Assembly: GCA_030141605.1 (NCBI GenBank)
Contig: JAQGDQ010000101.1
Span: 315,017 to 379,016, forward strand
Direction: 5' to 3'
Source of the DNA: Tubiluchus corallicola
Taxonomy: Eukaryota > Animalia > Priapulida
DNA: 64,000 bases
Position numbers and translations under genes: made by a program. This document shows, one piece after another, positions 1 through 13,747 of this stretch; position 1 is the first letter of the stretch, and every line of letters starts with the position of its first letter. Below the pieces are notes generated by a model. It searched no databases and was not told the origin of the DNA. It saw only the letters and a list, made by a program, of their open reading frames with translations.

Positions 1-1456
1 GCTAGTAGGAAAAGGTAAAAAGGCATATTTCAAGCAAACGTTCAGCAAGTTGTTCGTGATTATTTCATTCAAACATTGTTGACTACTGAAGAGTGTTGCG
101 TTTTTGCATCTGGTACGTGATTCGTTAAAGCTTGGTCGTATTGTGTATGTCGTTGTTGACACATTTACCTTTAAAAGTTATCACAGGCCACAATTTTCAG
201 TTTAGGAAACCATGATAAAGCCCGATTTTTCACTTTCCTAATACATTTCGGTATATAATACACTGTTACATGGTTGGGGCTTCATTTATTCAAAATGAAT
301 GAAGGAATCTACTACAACAATGCACGTTCTTAATTTTTTAAAAAAAAACGAATAATGACAACAGCAAACGTTTCCCATGATTTTCTAATAGAAACCATTT
401 TAAGTGAGAAAAATGGACGGGCCGGACACAAATCATGCTAGTACTTCCATTTTAGTTGCATATCATAATGTGGATACAGAAACTCCTAACTATTCGTAGC
501 TTAAAAGAAGCATTTTACATAGGATTAGAAAAGAGCAATTAGTGCAATGAATAAAGTTACCAAGTGACGAAAAATGCTAGCAATTAATTAAATAAGCTAA
601 GTGATTATAACGTCAGGGCGAAAAAGCATCATTGCCCAATGGTGCACGATGTTACCGTTGTTCCAACAAAAAGCAATCATATAACACCTGTATAAGAAGG
701 AAATAGGACGTTTGGAGTGGAAATTTTCTATTAGGAGGCAAAAACCGAAAAATCGGTTTTGGGAACAGAAGTGCATCAAGTGTCTATGAATAGTACCGTG
801 TAGCATATCAAGTGAAAGGTCTCGATGAAGCGAATCAAATGTGCTACTAAGTGAACTGTTTGACATACTTTTCTGATGTTATATTATGCAATCCCATAAT
901 TATTTTAAAATCGACTAGTATATCTCATTCTTGCCACTCAGTTATGCACGTATTTTTATTTTCTATAAAAGCATTTAGGATATCAATAAAACAATGAACT
1001 CACCTGCTTATTTGAATTTCTTATTTATTTTAAAACAGACTAAGCTATTTTACGCATTGCAATGCCAGGTAAACATGCCAGACTTCCAAAACGCATTTTG
1101 CAATTTTATGAAATTTAACGCATATTGTACGCCACAGAAATGCATAATGTAATAACAAAATTCTAACCGATAATATAGCAACAAGCAGAATAAACGTTAC
1201 TTGGTACAATTTTTTTATATATAGTAAAATAATTTTGATTTTGGAATACGAAACTAGTGCGCATTACCCACGTGACTCATTCGCATCACAACCTTTTATC
1301 GCAATACCGCCAGCCTAATGAGTCAATAAGACAAATGACTACTCAATCTCCGCAAAAGAATTTTGCACACAAGCCAACAACAACCAACACCACATCTCCC
1401 ATGCCACGATACACGCACCACACCACCTAACCGGTATCAACCCTCATCAACCACAC

Positions 1457-1955
1457 TGTAACTGTGTCCACGCATTATTGCCTAACTTTGCAGATATCTC
1501 ATTGAAAGGTGCTGCCACCTTCGTTTTCGGATCATGCACGCATGGGCAGCAGGCTGCTTAGTTTCCCTGCCATTGTTCTCAGTTTGCGCTGTTAAGAGTA
1601 GATGGTCGGGGGCGTGTCAAGTCACCTACCTTTACGGTGAATACTTTAGTAATTCGGGGAATATGTTAATAATACAGTGAATACTTATATTAATATGGTG
1701 AATACGATACTACTAAGGTGAACACCTTAATAATACGGTTAATACGTTAGTAATACATTGAACTCATGTAAAATATATAGTGAATACTGTAGTAATTATG
1801 TGACGTTTGTACGGTGATATGATTACGTTATGTTTACGAATAGCATCGTATGTCTTCAGCTGTGCTGTAGCAATAAAGACGTTTGTGTAATTTGATTAAG
1901 ATCTTCACTGTGTTATGCGCCAAAATTAATTCTCACCCTCTGAAGGCGTAATAAC
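1457..1955 (+). mobile_element. Possible solo LTR with internal ~20-bp minisatellite
   Basis: Starts TGTAAC. Contains AGGTGCTGCCACCT, which also occurs in the BEL LTR near 14096, plus AATAAA near 1872 and degenerate repeats (tacggtgaatac..taa) at ~1633-1810. No clean CA end or TSD found. Confidence 0.3.
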
Positions 1956-1989
1956 CCATCTTAATCCTAATGCTAGTGCACACGCGATA

Positions 1990-2160
1990 CCATCCACATT
2001 ATGCCACCAACACCATGCCACAATTACCACACCATGCCATGTCTACCACAACAACCACACCAAAATACCCGTACTATGTGATGTGGTGTGACATGGCAGG
2101 AGTAGTGTGGTATGGGTGGTGTGAGGTGGGTGATGTGGCATGGTGTTTGGTGTGGTGTGT
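1990..2160. repeat. Imperfect foldback (CAC-rich arm then GTG-rich arm)
   Basis: caccaacaccatgccaca near 2002 is nearly the reverse complement of tgtggcatggtgtttggtg near 2134; strand skew flips at ~2075. Confidence 0.6.
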
Positions 2161-2599
2161 TATCCAAAGTGAGATATAAAATTTATGAGTATGTAATGCT
2201 GCCTAGCCTAGTATATATGGTTAATAAAATAAAATAAAATAAAATAAATTGGTTGCTATGGTTACTGTTTATCTTAGCAACGACTTTGATAAAAAGGTTA
2301 AACTGAAACAAATTTGGGAAACCTCGATTTCCAACCACGAGCTGATAACAAAATTTATTGTTAACAAAGAGGAGAGGCCGCTGTTGCTATAGTAACAATG
2401 TGAAAATAGTTTACCTTAGCAACTACCTGTAGTACAGGACATTAACCTGTAATCTGTTCGTATATTTTGATAGAAGATAAAGTTCAATATTTGAATTCAA
2501 GTTAATAAAAAAACAGGATAATCAAATTATTAGAAGTCAAGTAGTTTAGACATGCTAGTAGATAACATTAATGATATATGTGGACATGAATTCTCAAAA

Positions 2600-2840
2600 T
2601 CTGGTTGAGGAATATCAGGGCTCCCAAAATAGCAAGTATCTTCCTTGCCATTGCAACCATCAGGTTGGTCTAACTGAGACACCTGAAAGTGATTATCACC
2701 AAACTTAATTGGGTGTAATGCTCTCCGATGGCCTTGCGTTTTGCAGTGATAGCAAGGTATATCCAATTTGCAGCTCAATGAGTGGGATAATGCAATTAAA
2801 GCAATTTCCGCTTTAATTTCTGGTTTCTTTCTTCTACAGT
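2600..2840 (-). mobile_element. Decayed BEL/Pao gag zinc-knuckle fragment
   Basis: Minus strand reads, across frameshifts, TVEERNQKLK..NCFNCIIP..SCKLDIPCYHCKTQGHRRAL.PIKFG, resembling the BEL gag Cys/His knuckle region. Confidence 0.5.
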
Positions 2841-3584
2841 TTGATAAGTTGCATAAGTTACATTGTTACTGCAAAACACACAAGAACATTTTTTGGAATT
2901 GAAGCATCATTATTTGGTGGCTTAGCTGAAATGCCACTGTTTGCTGGGTTATCTTTATTACTGGATTTATTTTGCTTGTTTTTACTAGCAAATATTTATG
3001 AAATGAAAAATGTTTATCTGCAGCTGTAGTAAAATTAGCCAATAACACACCTGAATGTGCATCAGTTGACCTGCCCGCAGATGCTTTTCAAGAAATTTTG
3101 TGTTCCGAGTATTTAGTTGTGCCATATTTGTGGAGCTGGGTTTGTTATGCTTGGGTAGTCTGTTTGTTATATACTCTGTTTGCTGGCATTGCTGCGTCCG
3201 CAACTGTATATCCTTTGCAACTCTCTGCCAGTGCTGTGAAATACGTATAGGCATTATCTCGGGAGCAAAAAGAGGGCCTGTCAACATGTTTTGCACTTGG
3301 CAGTCTTGGACAATTCTGTTTGGAATCTCTGAATAATAAGTTGTCCAAGCAACGGATCTACACCACGCTATTCTTGATGGCAACATCCATTTCAAGATAA
3401 GGTTCTTGAAGGTATTTTCTTTAAAATTAGGTATAATATCTCTAAAGACACAATGACTCATTTAGTTTTCACTGTTTATGGTTTATCTCCAGTATGCCAA
3501 ACAGGCTTAGAGCAGTGTCTCTCATTCAGACATAAAACACCTTATAGTCAATCAAAATAAATTTATGACTTTTGCTGGTGGAAG

Positions 3585-3835
3585 GGAACCATTATATTAC
3601 GAATTAAACCTACTAGAACTGAAAGATATAATATAAATTGGAATTAATCACATTTGTTCACAAATTCAAACATAATTAACACTCTTCCAGTATTGTTTTC
3701 TGATTACTATCGCTATGTTGATGCCACGCATGATTACAACAATAGATTTACAAGGACCAGCGATTACTACAGCGTTTGGAACGTTTAGAAAGGGAAAGAC
3801 GTAAATGAAATACCAGTGGAATCGCCTTTGAAATT
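3585..3835 (+). mobile_element. LINE (L2/Crack-like) ORF2 C-terminal relic
   Basis: Reads EPLYYELNLLELKDI..LELITFVHKFKHN.TLPVLFSDYYRYVDATHDYN across frameshifts, typical of the post-RT tail of L2/Crack-type LINEs. Confidence 0.55.
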
Positions 3836-4363
3836 ATATGAAAAGTGTTGGAATGGTACTTTGGCCCTGTTCTTACATCTATGGCTGAGGTTTTTGTACT
3901 GTATGTGCTCGTCGTGGATGTTTGAATTTACTGTTTCGGCATTTCAATTTTTTAAAGCACAAGAAACCCCTCCACTTACATAGAGATAAAAATATTCGTC
4001 TCGAAATTTTACACCACTTATTTTACACGCAATTTTACTCCTGCCTTTTTGCATGCATGCCTTGCATCGGCCGTAACACTGTATAAAACGTGTAAATTTA
4101 AACTCCCGCGATGACCGTTAGGCGCAGTTTAATGACTGGTCGTTTGAAACAAGTATTGATAACATTAAGTAAAGTATGAAAAATAATCAGAGCATTCGTA
4201 GCATACATGTTCCTAATTAAGTAAAATTTTAAATTACTGTATCTTGTCAATAAATTTAAAAATCTGCTTTTGTCTATTATTATTGAAGGTAGACTTCCTG
4301 TAATGGTCTGAAATTATGTAATGCGTATCTATATTAGAGCTATCTGTCGAGCGATTAGGGGGT

Positions 4364-7300
4364 CTCGCAGGTGGTTGCAGGGCTTTGCAGGTTTTAAGTC
4401 TGCAGCAAATCCCAACATGAAGGCTCAAGTTAAAAAGCTTGAGAGGAGACAGAACACGCATCTGAAACCTGACAGTCCGCCACCAGATTTATATGACACT
4501 TCATGGTATCTTAAGTAGAATTCATGTGCTTATTTTGTCTTTAGTATTATGGTGTGATTCTAGCCAATGTGCTACTTAAACGACTATAGCTAAGAACAAT
4601 TTTTATGTCAGGTGGCCCAGAACAATTGTACCGAAGTTCAGATTACAATAATATTAACAGCATGTGTCATAACAATGTCAGTTATAATCATCAGTGTTGC
4701 CGTGTAAATCCTTTAATACAAGGGACAAAAGTATAAACAAATCAAACAGTTTACGTCATGGTCTTCATCACAGGAAATAAAACATTGATAAAGATTCGTT
4801 GCTAAAACAAAATGTAACTTAATTCTGTGAATTACGGTCCATGTATCTGGAACTTCCTTAAAGAGAAAGTGTACAATTGCCGTGCAGAGCCGTTCGATGC
4901 ATAGTAACTAAAGGCAAAAATCGCTGAGTGCTGGGAGCGAGGAAGTGAGAAACAGTGTCAGCTGTTGGAATAAATGCCTTCGTCTACTTTGTGAAGTTGG
5001 CGGACGCCTAGAGCTCTTGCTGGAAAATTTAACAATAGTGATACAATTTTTTTCCAGCTCTTAAATTTTTTATTTATTTATGTAAAGCATATCTATCTTT
5101 GGGTAACTTTAAGGATTGTCCTAAAGTTTTAGAATTTATATAAATATCTGTATCATCGACTATAAAATATTTTTCATAATGTCGCCATCAAAACTTAAGC
5201 ACATTTTTTTAGGCCACTATATATATTTTATTGTGCAATTATAGGTTACCAGATGATCTTGTAATATCATTCATACTTGTATATGAAGCATCTTAGGCAT
5301 TTTTTTCTTAAGTAAATGATTTTGAAATAAACGATTTCCCTTGCTGGGGGTCAAACTGCTAGTCAGACTGGAAAGAAATAGTTGCGCATTTATACCTAGA
5401 AAAGGCAAAACAAAACACAAGTAACGAGAATCATATTTTTGCAAGAAAGACATTCTCAGTTTTTTCAAAGATTCACGAAGGAGTATTTTTTAAATGATGA
5501 ATGAGTTTGAGATGATAATAGTCGTACTCACGATTTGTTAAAGATAAAGGGACTGATTTCGAACGTGAAGGCAAAGAGCATTTCGTGCTGAATTCTATGA
5601 TTTTTTATTTGCCATTTAAGGTACATACTTATTTTTGAAACTGCTTAATTTTTTGTGTCATTGTAGTTGACATTTGTAGGTTTTATTCAATTGTCGCAGC
5701 ATCATGCAAAACCTCTGTTGAGCATGGCAAACTGGTACTGAGAATGGCTATGAATCTAGGGCCTCCAAGCACATTTTAGGATACACTCGCAGGTGGTTGC
5801 AGGGCTTTGCAGGTTTTAAGTCTGCAGCAAATCCCAACATGAAGGCTCAAGTTAAAAAACTTGAGAGGAGACAGAACACGCATCTGAAACCTGACAGTCC
5901 GCCACCAGATTTATATGACACTTCATGGTATCTTAAGTAGAATTCATGTGCTTATTTTGTCTTTAGTATTATGGTGTGATTCTAGCCAATGTGCTACTTA
6001 AACGACTATAGCTAAGAACAATTTTTATGTCAGGTGGCCCAGAACAATTGTACCGAAGTTCAGATTACAATAATATTAACAGCATGTGTCAGAACAATGT
6101 CAGTTATAATCATCAGTGTTGCCGTGTAAATCCTTTAATACAAGGGACAAAAGTATAAACAAATCAAACAGTTTACGTCATGGTCTTCATCACAGGAAAT
6201 AAAACATTGATAAAGATTCGTTGCTAAAACAAAATGTAACTTAATTCTGTGAATTACGGTCCATGTATCTGGAACTTCCTTAAAGAGAAAGTGTACAATT
6301 GCCGTGCAGAGCCGTTCGATGCATAGTAACTAAAGGCAAAAATCGCTGAGTGCTGGGAGCGAGGAAGTGAGAAACAGTGTCAGCTGTTGGAATAAATGCC
6401 TTCGTCTACTTTGTGAAGTTGGCGGACGCCTAGAGCTCTTGCTGGAAAATTTAACAATAGTGATACAATTTTTTTCCAGCTCTTAAATTTTTTATTTATT
6501 TATGTAAAGCATATCTATCTTTGGGTAACTTTAAGGATTGTCCTAAAGTTTTAGAATTTATATAAATATCTGTATCATCGACTATAAAATATTTTTCATA
6601 ATGTCGCCATCAAAACTTAAGCACATTTTTTTAGGCCACTATATATATTTTATTGTGCAATTATAGGTTACCAGATGATCTTGTAATATCATTCATACTT
6701 GTATATGAAGCATCTTAGGCATTTTTTTCTTAAGTAAATGATTTTGAAATAAACGATTTCCCTTGCTGGGGGTCAAACTGCTAGTCAGACTGGAAAGAAA
6801 TAGTTGCGCATTTATACCTAGAAAAGGCAAAACAAAACACAAGTAACGAGAATCATATTTTTGCAAGAAAGACATTCTCAGTTTTTTCAAAGATTCACGA
6901 AGGAGTATTTTTTAAATGATGAATGAGTTTGAGATGATAATAGTCGTACTCACGATTTGTTAAAGATAAAGGGACTGATTTCGAACGTGAAGGCAAAGAG
7001 CATTTCGTGCTGAATTCTATGATTTTTTATTTGCCATTTAAGGTACATACTTATTTTTGAAACTGCTTAATTTTTTGTGCCATTGTAGTTGACATTTGTA
7101 GGTTTTATTCAATTGTCGCAGCATCATTCAAAACAGCTGTTGAGTCTGGCAAACTGGTACTGAGAATGGCTATGAATCTAGGGCCTCCAAGCACATTTTA
7201 GGATACACTCGCAGGTGGTTGCAGGGCTTTGCAGGTTTTAAGTCTGCAGCAAATCCCAACATGAAGGCTCAAGTTAAAAAACTTGAGAGGAGACAGAACA

Positions 7301-9138
7301 CGCATCTGAAACCTGACAGTCCGCCACCAGATTTATATGACACTTCATGGTATCTTAAGTAGAACTCATGTGCTTATTTTGTCTTTAGTATTATGGTGTG
7401 ATTCTAGCCAATGTGCTACTTAAACGACTATAGCTAAGAACAATTTTTATGTCAGGTGGCCCAGAACAATTCTATCGAAGTTCAGATTACAATAATATTA
7501 ACAGCATGTGTCAGAACAATGTCAGTTATAATCATCAGTGTTGCCGTGTAAATCCTTTAATACAAGGGACAAAAGCATAAACACAGTTTACGTCATGGTC
7601 TTCATCACAGGAAATAAAACATTGATAAAGATTCGTTGCTAAAACAAAATATAACTTAATTCTGTGAATTACGGTCCATGTATCTGGAACTTCCTTAAAG
7701 TGAAAGTGTACAATTGCCGCGCAGAGCCGTTTGATGCAAAGTAACTAAAGGCAAAAATCGCTGAGTGCTGGGAGCGAGGAAGTGAGAAACAGTGTCAGCT
7801 GTTGGAATAAATGCCTTCGTCTACTTTATGAAGTTGGCGGACGCCTAGAGCTCTTGCTGGAAAATTTAACAATAGTGATACAATTTTTTTTCCAGCTCTT
7901 AGTTTTTTATTTATTTATGTAAAGCATATCTATCTTTGGGTAACTTTAAGGATTGTCCTAAAATTTTAGTATTTATATAAATATCTGTATCATCGACTAT
8001 AAAATATTTTTCACAATGTCGTCATCAAAACTTCAGCACATTTTTTTACGCCACTATATATATTTTATTGTGCAATTATAGGTTACCAGATGATCTTGTA
8101 ATGTCATTCATACTTGTATATGAAGCATCTTAGGGATTTTTTTTCTTAAGCAAATGATTTTGAAATAAACGATTTCCATTGCGGGGGGTCAAACTGCTAG
8201 TCAGACTGGAAAGAAATAGTTGCGCATTTATACCTAGAAAAGGCAAAACAAAACACAAGTAACGAGAATCATATTTTTGCAAGAAAGACATTCTCAGTTT
8301 TTTCAAAGATTCACGAAGGAGCATTTTTTAAATAATGAATGAGTTTGAGATGATAATAGTCGTACTCACGATTTGTTAAAGATAAAGGGACTGATTTCGA
8401 ACGTGAAGGCAAAGAGCATTTCGTGCTGAATTCTATGATTTTTTATTTGCCATTTAAGGTACATACTTATTTTTGAAACTGCTTAATTTTTTGTGCCATT
8501 GTAGTTGACATTTGTAGGTTTTATTCAATTGTCGCAGCATCATTCAAAACCTCTGTTGAGTCTGGCAAACTGGTAACGAGGATGGTTATGAATCTAGGGC
8601 CTCCAAGCACATTTTAGGATACACTCGCAGGTGGTTGCAGGGCTTTGCAGGTTTTAAGTCTGCAGCAAATCCCAACATGAAGGCTCAAGTTAAAAAACTT
8701 GAGAGGAGACAGAACACGCATCTGAAACCTGACAGTCCGCCACCAGATTTATATGACACTTCATGGTATCTTAAGTAGAACTCATGTGCTTATTTTGTAT
8801 TTAGTATTATGGTGTGATTCTGGCCAATGTACTACTTAAACGATTATAGCTAAGAACAATTAGTATGCTAGGTGACCCAGAACAATTCTATCGAAGCTCA
8901 GATTACAATAATATTAACAGCATGTGTCAGAACAATGTCAGTTATAATCATCAGTGTTGCCGTGTAAATCCTTTAATACAAGGGACAAAAGCATAAACAA
9001 ATCAAACAGTTTACGTCATGGTCTTCATCACAGGAAATAAAACATTGATAAAGATTCGTTGCTAAAACAAAATGTAACTTAATTCTGTGAATTACGACAC
9101 ATGTATCTGGTACTTGCTTAAAGAGAAAGTGTACAATT
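4364..9138. repeat. Tandem array of a ~1.42-kb unit (3 full copies plus one truncated)
   Basis: Unit start ctcgcaggtggttgcagggctttgcagg at 4364, 5786, 7208 and 8624 (periods 1422, 1422, 1416). Copies are nearly identical; the fourth breaks off at ~9138. Confidence 0.97.
4818..5222 (+). mobile_element. Tc1/mariner transposase 3' remnant with TIR-like end (present in each full array unit and near 24090-24490)
   Basis: Reads LNSVNYG..IWNFLKEKVYNCRAEPFDA..LKAKIAECWE..EVRNSVSCWNKCLRLLCEVGG.LELLL; the 24-kb copy ends DGHLELLL*. This matches the DLNPxDYxIW..LK.KVY...GGHIEHLL pattern. It is followed by aagcacattttttt aggccactata, a plausible TIR ending in TA. Confidence 0.7.
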
Positions 9139-9919
9139 TAAAATAAACGATTTTCATTGCGGGTGGAATGTTATTATTATGTGTAGAAGTATAATAAAAA
9201 TGAGTTTAGACTAAGTGAAAAAAAATTGTGATAAATAGTTATGAAATTGCGTCCATACTACTTTTTCAATTCGAACATTTCTCAATTGCATATAAGCCAC
9301 TCTCACAGAATCTTCATCAGAATTTACTGTGAAAGCCTTATCATAACTGAGAAACTATAAAGTTCACATTAAACACTACCCAGCGGTTTATCTTACTTAG
9401 CGCAGCTTCATCAAATTAAGTAAGGTGACGTTATGGTCATTATCAGAAATGGAAAATTTTCGTCATTTGTGCCATGGCAGTGTAACTCAAAAACCTGACT
9501 GCTTGCTTTTTTTCAATGAGGATGTTACATGGCTACAAGTTAGCTTGCAAACTCAAATGGGGGATTTGAAGATGAGGCTGATGTTATTGGTTCAACCAAA
9601 GAGGAAAAGGTGACACGTCTTAAATCCCTATAATATATATAGGTCGGTGGGTTTGCATTACTTCGCCACTTAACTACATGATATTCGAAATAATTCAGCC
9701 TCCTTTCTGCCAGTTCGAGACCTCTTTCCCAGATATTATATCGTCAGATAAACCAAATTTCAGTTCATAAACCTAAGTAGTATTAAGATCAATCCAGACA
9801 AATGGCCTCTCAGGCTTTATCAACGTGTTCTATCTCACCTGTAAGACAATTAAATGCGTAAATATGGCAAGCTCATTTATAAGGATGAAAATGTTGAAGG
9901 TGATGAAGACTCACATAGT

Positions 9920-10585
9920 ATTGTTGCAGTCAAATTATTCAACACTTTAATTAAGCAATTTCTTTGTATGGCAGCGAAGTGTGGGGACATTTTAGTACAA
10001 ACCTTTCTAATGTGTTTTCACGATATACTGCAACTGAAGCATTGAATCTGAAACTATGTCATAGATTACAAAAGGTGAACTGTAAAACTATAAAGAATGC
10101 AGCACGAGCCGAGTTGGGACAATATCCTCTCTGTGCTGATATAATATGCCATTGCTATAAGCTTCTGGTTGCACGTGGTGTATATGTGGGTTAAATTTGT
10201 TAAAGATATCTTAAGCTCTACCAGACTTAGACAGATCTGGGATAATAAGGAAAGTAACAATGTAAACAAGATATATAGCAAAAGCTTAAACTAAAACTTG
10301 AAAGTAAGTTTTTGTTCAAATGGAGAGATGATGACAATAGAGCACCTAATGATAAAAATCCATGGAAGGAAATAAATTGAGAATCTGTTGCAAAATAAAA
10401 ATCTTATGTTATTGAGAATTACTTCCTCACCAACACCTTGTCCTCTGAAACTAAAACAGCTTTTCGTAAACTACAAATGAGTACCCATTTTCTAGCCATT
10501 GAAACAGGAAGGCATCACAAACCGTATAAGTTACGGATAAACGAAAGAATTGTAAACATTTGAAGATGAATTACACATTGATATA
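9920..10585 (+). mobile_element. Non-LTR retrotransposon ORF2 3' relic
   Basis: AVKLFNTLIK..LYGSEVWG..LKLCHRLQKVNCKTIKNAARAELGQYPL, then GNKLRI..FLAIETGRHHKP..ERI..EDELH; frameshifted. Confidence 0.75.
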
Positions 10586-11286
10586 TTGTCACTGAAGAGT
10601 CTGGACTCTGCACGTCGTCTTCATCAGACTCTTGCATATCTTCCTCCTCTGACACTAGTTCATCAGGCTGAGTTGAAGAATCTAGAGTAGCTGTTTTTCC
10701 GTACAGCATATCATAAGTACAACAATGCTGATAATCAATAATTTATACAATTTGCTGAATTAATAATGACAAAATTACCGGGTCCACTCCCGAAAATGAA
10801 CAATCAGTATGCTGTGACAAGCATGCGACGCAATTGGCTGTTGAGTTTGAGTTTGGCAGTTTTTGTTTGATGAATTCAAGATGGTTTGATATCATCAAAC
10901 TTTGTTTGTGAAACTAAAACTGGCAATCTAGCTTGAAATCTAGCTAGCGAAAAAAACTGATCATCTAAATGGCACTTAAACCGTACCATGCACATCCTCT
11001 ATATAATAAGTGCATCAACATGTTTAAGATAAGTCAGTGTTTCCTTGCATATTAAGATGAAATGAAAAGCTTTGGCTGATGGATAAGATCACTCTAAGCT
11101 ATTGCTACTGTATATAACTTGGTCATTGCTCTTTAGCACGTGCGACTAATTTGATGCACACGTTTAACGAATTAGTAGCTTTGATACATCAGCTTTCCAG
11201 TACATGTACAGCTCCACCCACTGGACCAATCAGCTCCCAGTCTAAGTTAGCCGATTAGAGCCAGATTTCATCTCAAACGGGCAAGG

Positions 11287-11397
11287 CAGCAGAAGACCAT
11301 TGCTAGGCTTCCATGTCAGCAGAAGACCATTGCTAGGCTTTCATATCAGCAAAGGACTGTAGCTACACTTTCAAGTCAGCAGATGACAGTTGCTAGG
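11287..11397. repeat. 30-bp tandem repeat, ~3.7 copies
   Basis: cagcagaagaccattgctaggcttccatgt repeated at period 30, diverging 3'-ward. Confidence 0.85.
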
Positions 11398-12599
11398 TAA
11401 AGTCTAGAGATAGGGTGATTGCATACCTAAAAATAAGTACTGCAGCAGAGCTCAAAATAGTAGGCATGAACAGTATATAAGATGCTGTTGGAGCTAGCAG
11501 TGACAGTTAGAACGACTTTTCAGGTTTTCTGCAGCTTTTTAATTTTTCGCAAAATTGGACACGAAGTTCTGTCATAGGATTTAATAATTTTTACTAATGC
11601 GCATTTCAAACTGTAAGACATTTTGCTACAATTACTGGAATTTCTCAATGCCGTGTTTTGGACTTTTTTACATTTTTTCGGATAAAATGGAGCGAACACT
11701 AAACCAAGATTTAGCAATGAACTATTGGATTATTACCAGAAAATAATTTGGATTAATCCGTGTGATTAATTAAACATTCAAATCATCAGTTGGATTAATA
11801 TTTTGAAAAACGACAGAGTGCTCAAAATTACAGTATTTGGATTACATGTATTTGGACTACCATTGCGGATATAACTAGTGCACGGATTACATACAGTGTG
11901 GATCAGACATATTTGGCTTTCCATCACAGATTGGATTACTGAACAGACTGGTAACTACGACATGTTGGTGAGTGAGGCAAAAATTTATTACACTGCACAT
12001 TATTGATTGTATTGGCCCACCCACTTCTTTAATGGTGTGTATGCTAAGGGGATTGGTTAAAACATCCCAGACATAATTCATCATAATCGATAAGTAGCAG
12101 TTGTCATGTTACTAATAAAAAAGATTCATTCGGATTCGAACTCGTTTTTCTCTCATATCGTCGACGTTGACACTAATTTTTGCTGCAGTTGTAGTACTGT
12201 AGAATACCTTGTAGTAGTTGCAGTATTGTAGTATTTGCTGCTGTTGTAGTATTGTAGACTGATTTTGTTTCTATTCCTAAGGGCGAAATTCTTGTTTTGC
12301 TATTCCAGTTTAGTGACATTCATTCTATCAAGTAGATAAGCCAGTAGAATGTACTTCTACTATAGCACAAAACAAAAAGATATAAGGAGAATTTAACGAG
12401 AAGATTTCCGCTATTGACTAAAAATCGAGAAGACCGAATACGCCGAGAACAAATCACCAAATGATTAGGAATGAGATCACCAGATGAATACATGCAAAAA
12501 ACTGGCACAACCGCGAGATGCTAGATTGTATGTAAGAAACCAGTACAAACTCAAATTGTATGACTAGTCAATCTGACAAGGTTGTAATATATTGCCGAC

Positions 12600-12985
12600 A
12601 ACGAATGGCCGAAAAAAAATCAAAATTATTCAAATTTGAAAGGCCGAAACAAACATTGAGCAAAAAAGAAAATACTGGCAACAGTATTGTTTACTATAGA
12701 AATCAATGAATTAACAAAAGAACCACAGTTATATAATATCACGCATTCGCATTTAAGAGAAAGAGTTAAAAGATTATTCATCGCTAATCGAGATTGTTTC
12801 ACGATAAGAGGCTGACTTAATTGGTACAACATAGGCAGAATTTAAAATACGTCTCACGGGTGATTGTTGTGCATACCATGTGCCGATACACTTGGAAAAA
12901 GTTGTGGGTGAGACAATTGATTCACTTTTAGAAGCTGGTATTATAAGTCCATTTGACGTACCGTACAGTTGCCCCGCACTATTAA
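12600..12985 (+). mobile_element. Decayed Gypsy pol (RT N-terminus) relic; duplicated at ~19362-19747
   Basis: 12871-12981 reads AYHVPIHLEKVVGETIDSLLEAGIISPFDVPYSCPAL, like the Gypsy PYRxP...LL..GII.PS.SPY.SP motif. Confidence 0.65.
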
Positions 12986-13747
12986 TCTTTTGCAACGTTG
13001 GATGATGGCATTGTCTGAATCTGACTTTCCTTTGCACTACATACCTGGACGATAAAACGTAGTAGCAGGTGGATTAACGGCAATGAACCCGGTACCGGAA
13101 ACTCCATCGACTGTACCAACTTTTCAAGAGTATCAGAGATAATTTGATTTACTGAATACCACTGGAGAGATACAGAAACACCTGGAAAAGGCGAACCAAG
13201 TCTACTAATACAAAGCAAACGACGCAAGAAATGCAAAAATACATAAGTGACGAAGACACAGGCCAAGAAAGCCTGCGTTTTGATCAAAATGAACCTGAAT
13301 TAATGACAGAAAGAAAGACTGTAATACCTTGGGACCTACAGCAAGAAGAAATTTAGAGACACACCAGATGTCTTAGATGCACTGGATCAGGCACAGTCAA
13401 ATAATACTTATCGTTAGGGGGCGAACAGTTAAATGAACAAATGCAGACTAATGCACAAGAATAACATCTACGAGCAAATCTCAACCTCGTATTAAAATGG
13501 CAAGCTGGGGATGAACATTTAGCTCAAATTACCCATAATCTTGCCTAGCCTGTCAACACTAAACAACAAAATCAAGATATAGAAAAATTCTTTAAAGCAG
13601 AAGACAATTTGCTATATAACATTGCTAAAAAATTGTGCTATTAAAATTTGGTTGTAGATACCAACAATGTTAAATATTAAACGAAAGGGTGCCATTATGA
13701 TATTCATGTCTTTATTATTACGGTGTGGTTCGAGCCGTAATAATAAA

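Noticed and set aside
2985-3461. 158-aa minus-strand ORF as a host gene
   Set aside because: No recognisable domain; lies directly upstream of a BEL gag relic and is probably decayed TE sequence.
5271-8324. Three near-identical ~65-aa minus-strand ORFs
   Set aside because: By-products of the 1.42-kb tandem unit; no recognisable motif.
11287-11397. 30-bp repeats (and 27-bp repeats at 60614-60694) as CRISPR arrays
   Set aside because: Contiguous tandem copies without unique spacers, no cas genes, eukaryotic context.
13716-13747. Alternative BEL LTR boundary at 13716 flanked by a 20-bp inverted repeat
   Set aside because: The 13748 boundary gives canonical TG..CA ends and a 5-bp direct TSD; the inverted flank is explained by the pre-existing hairpin.
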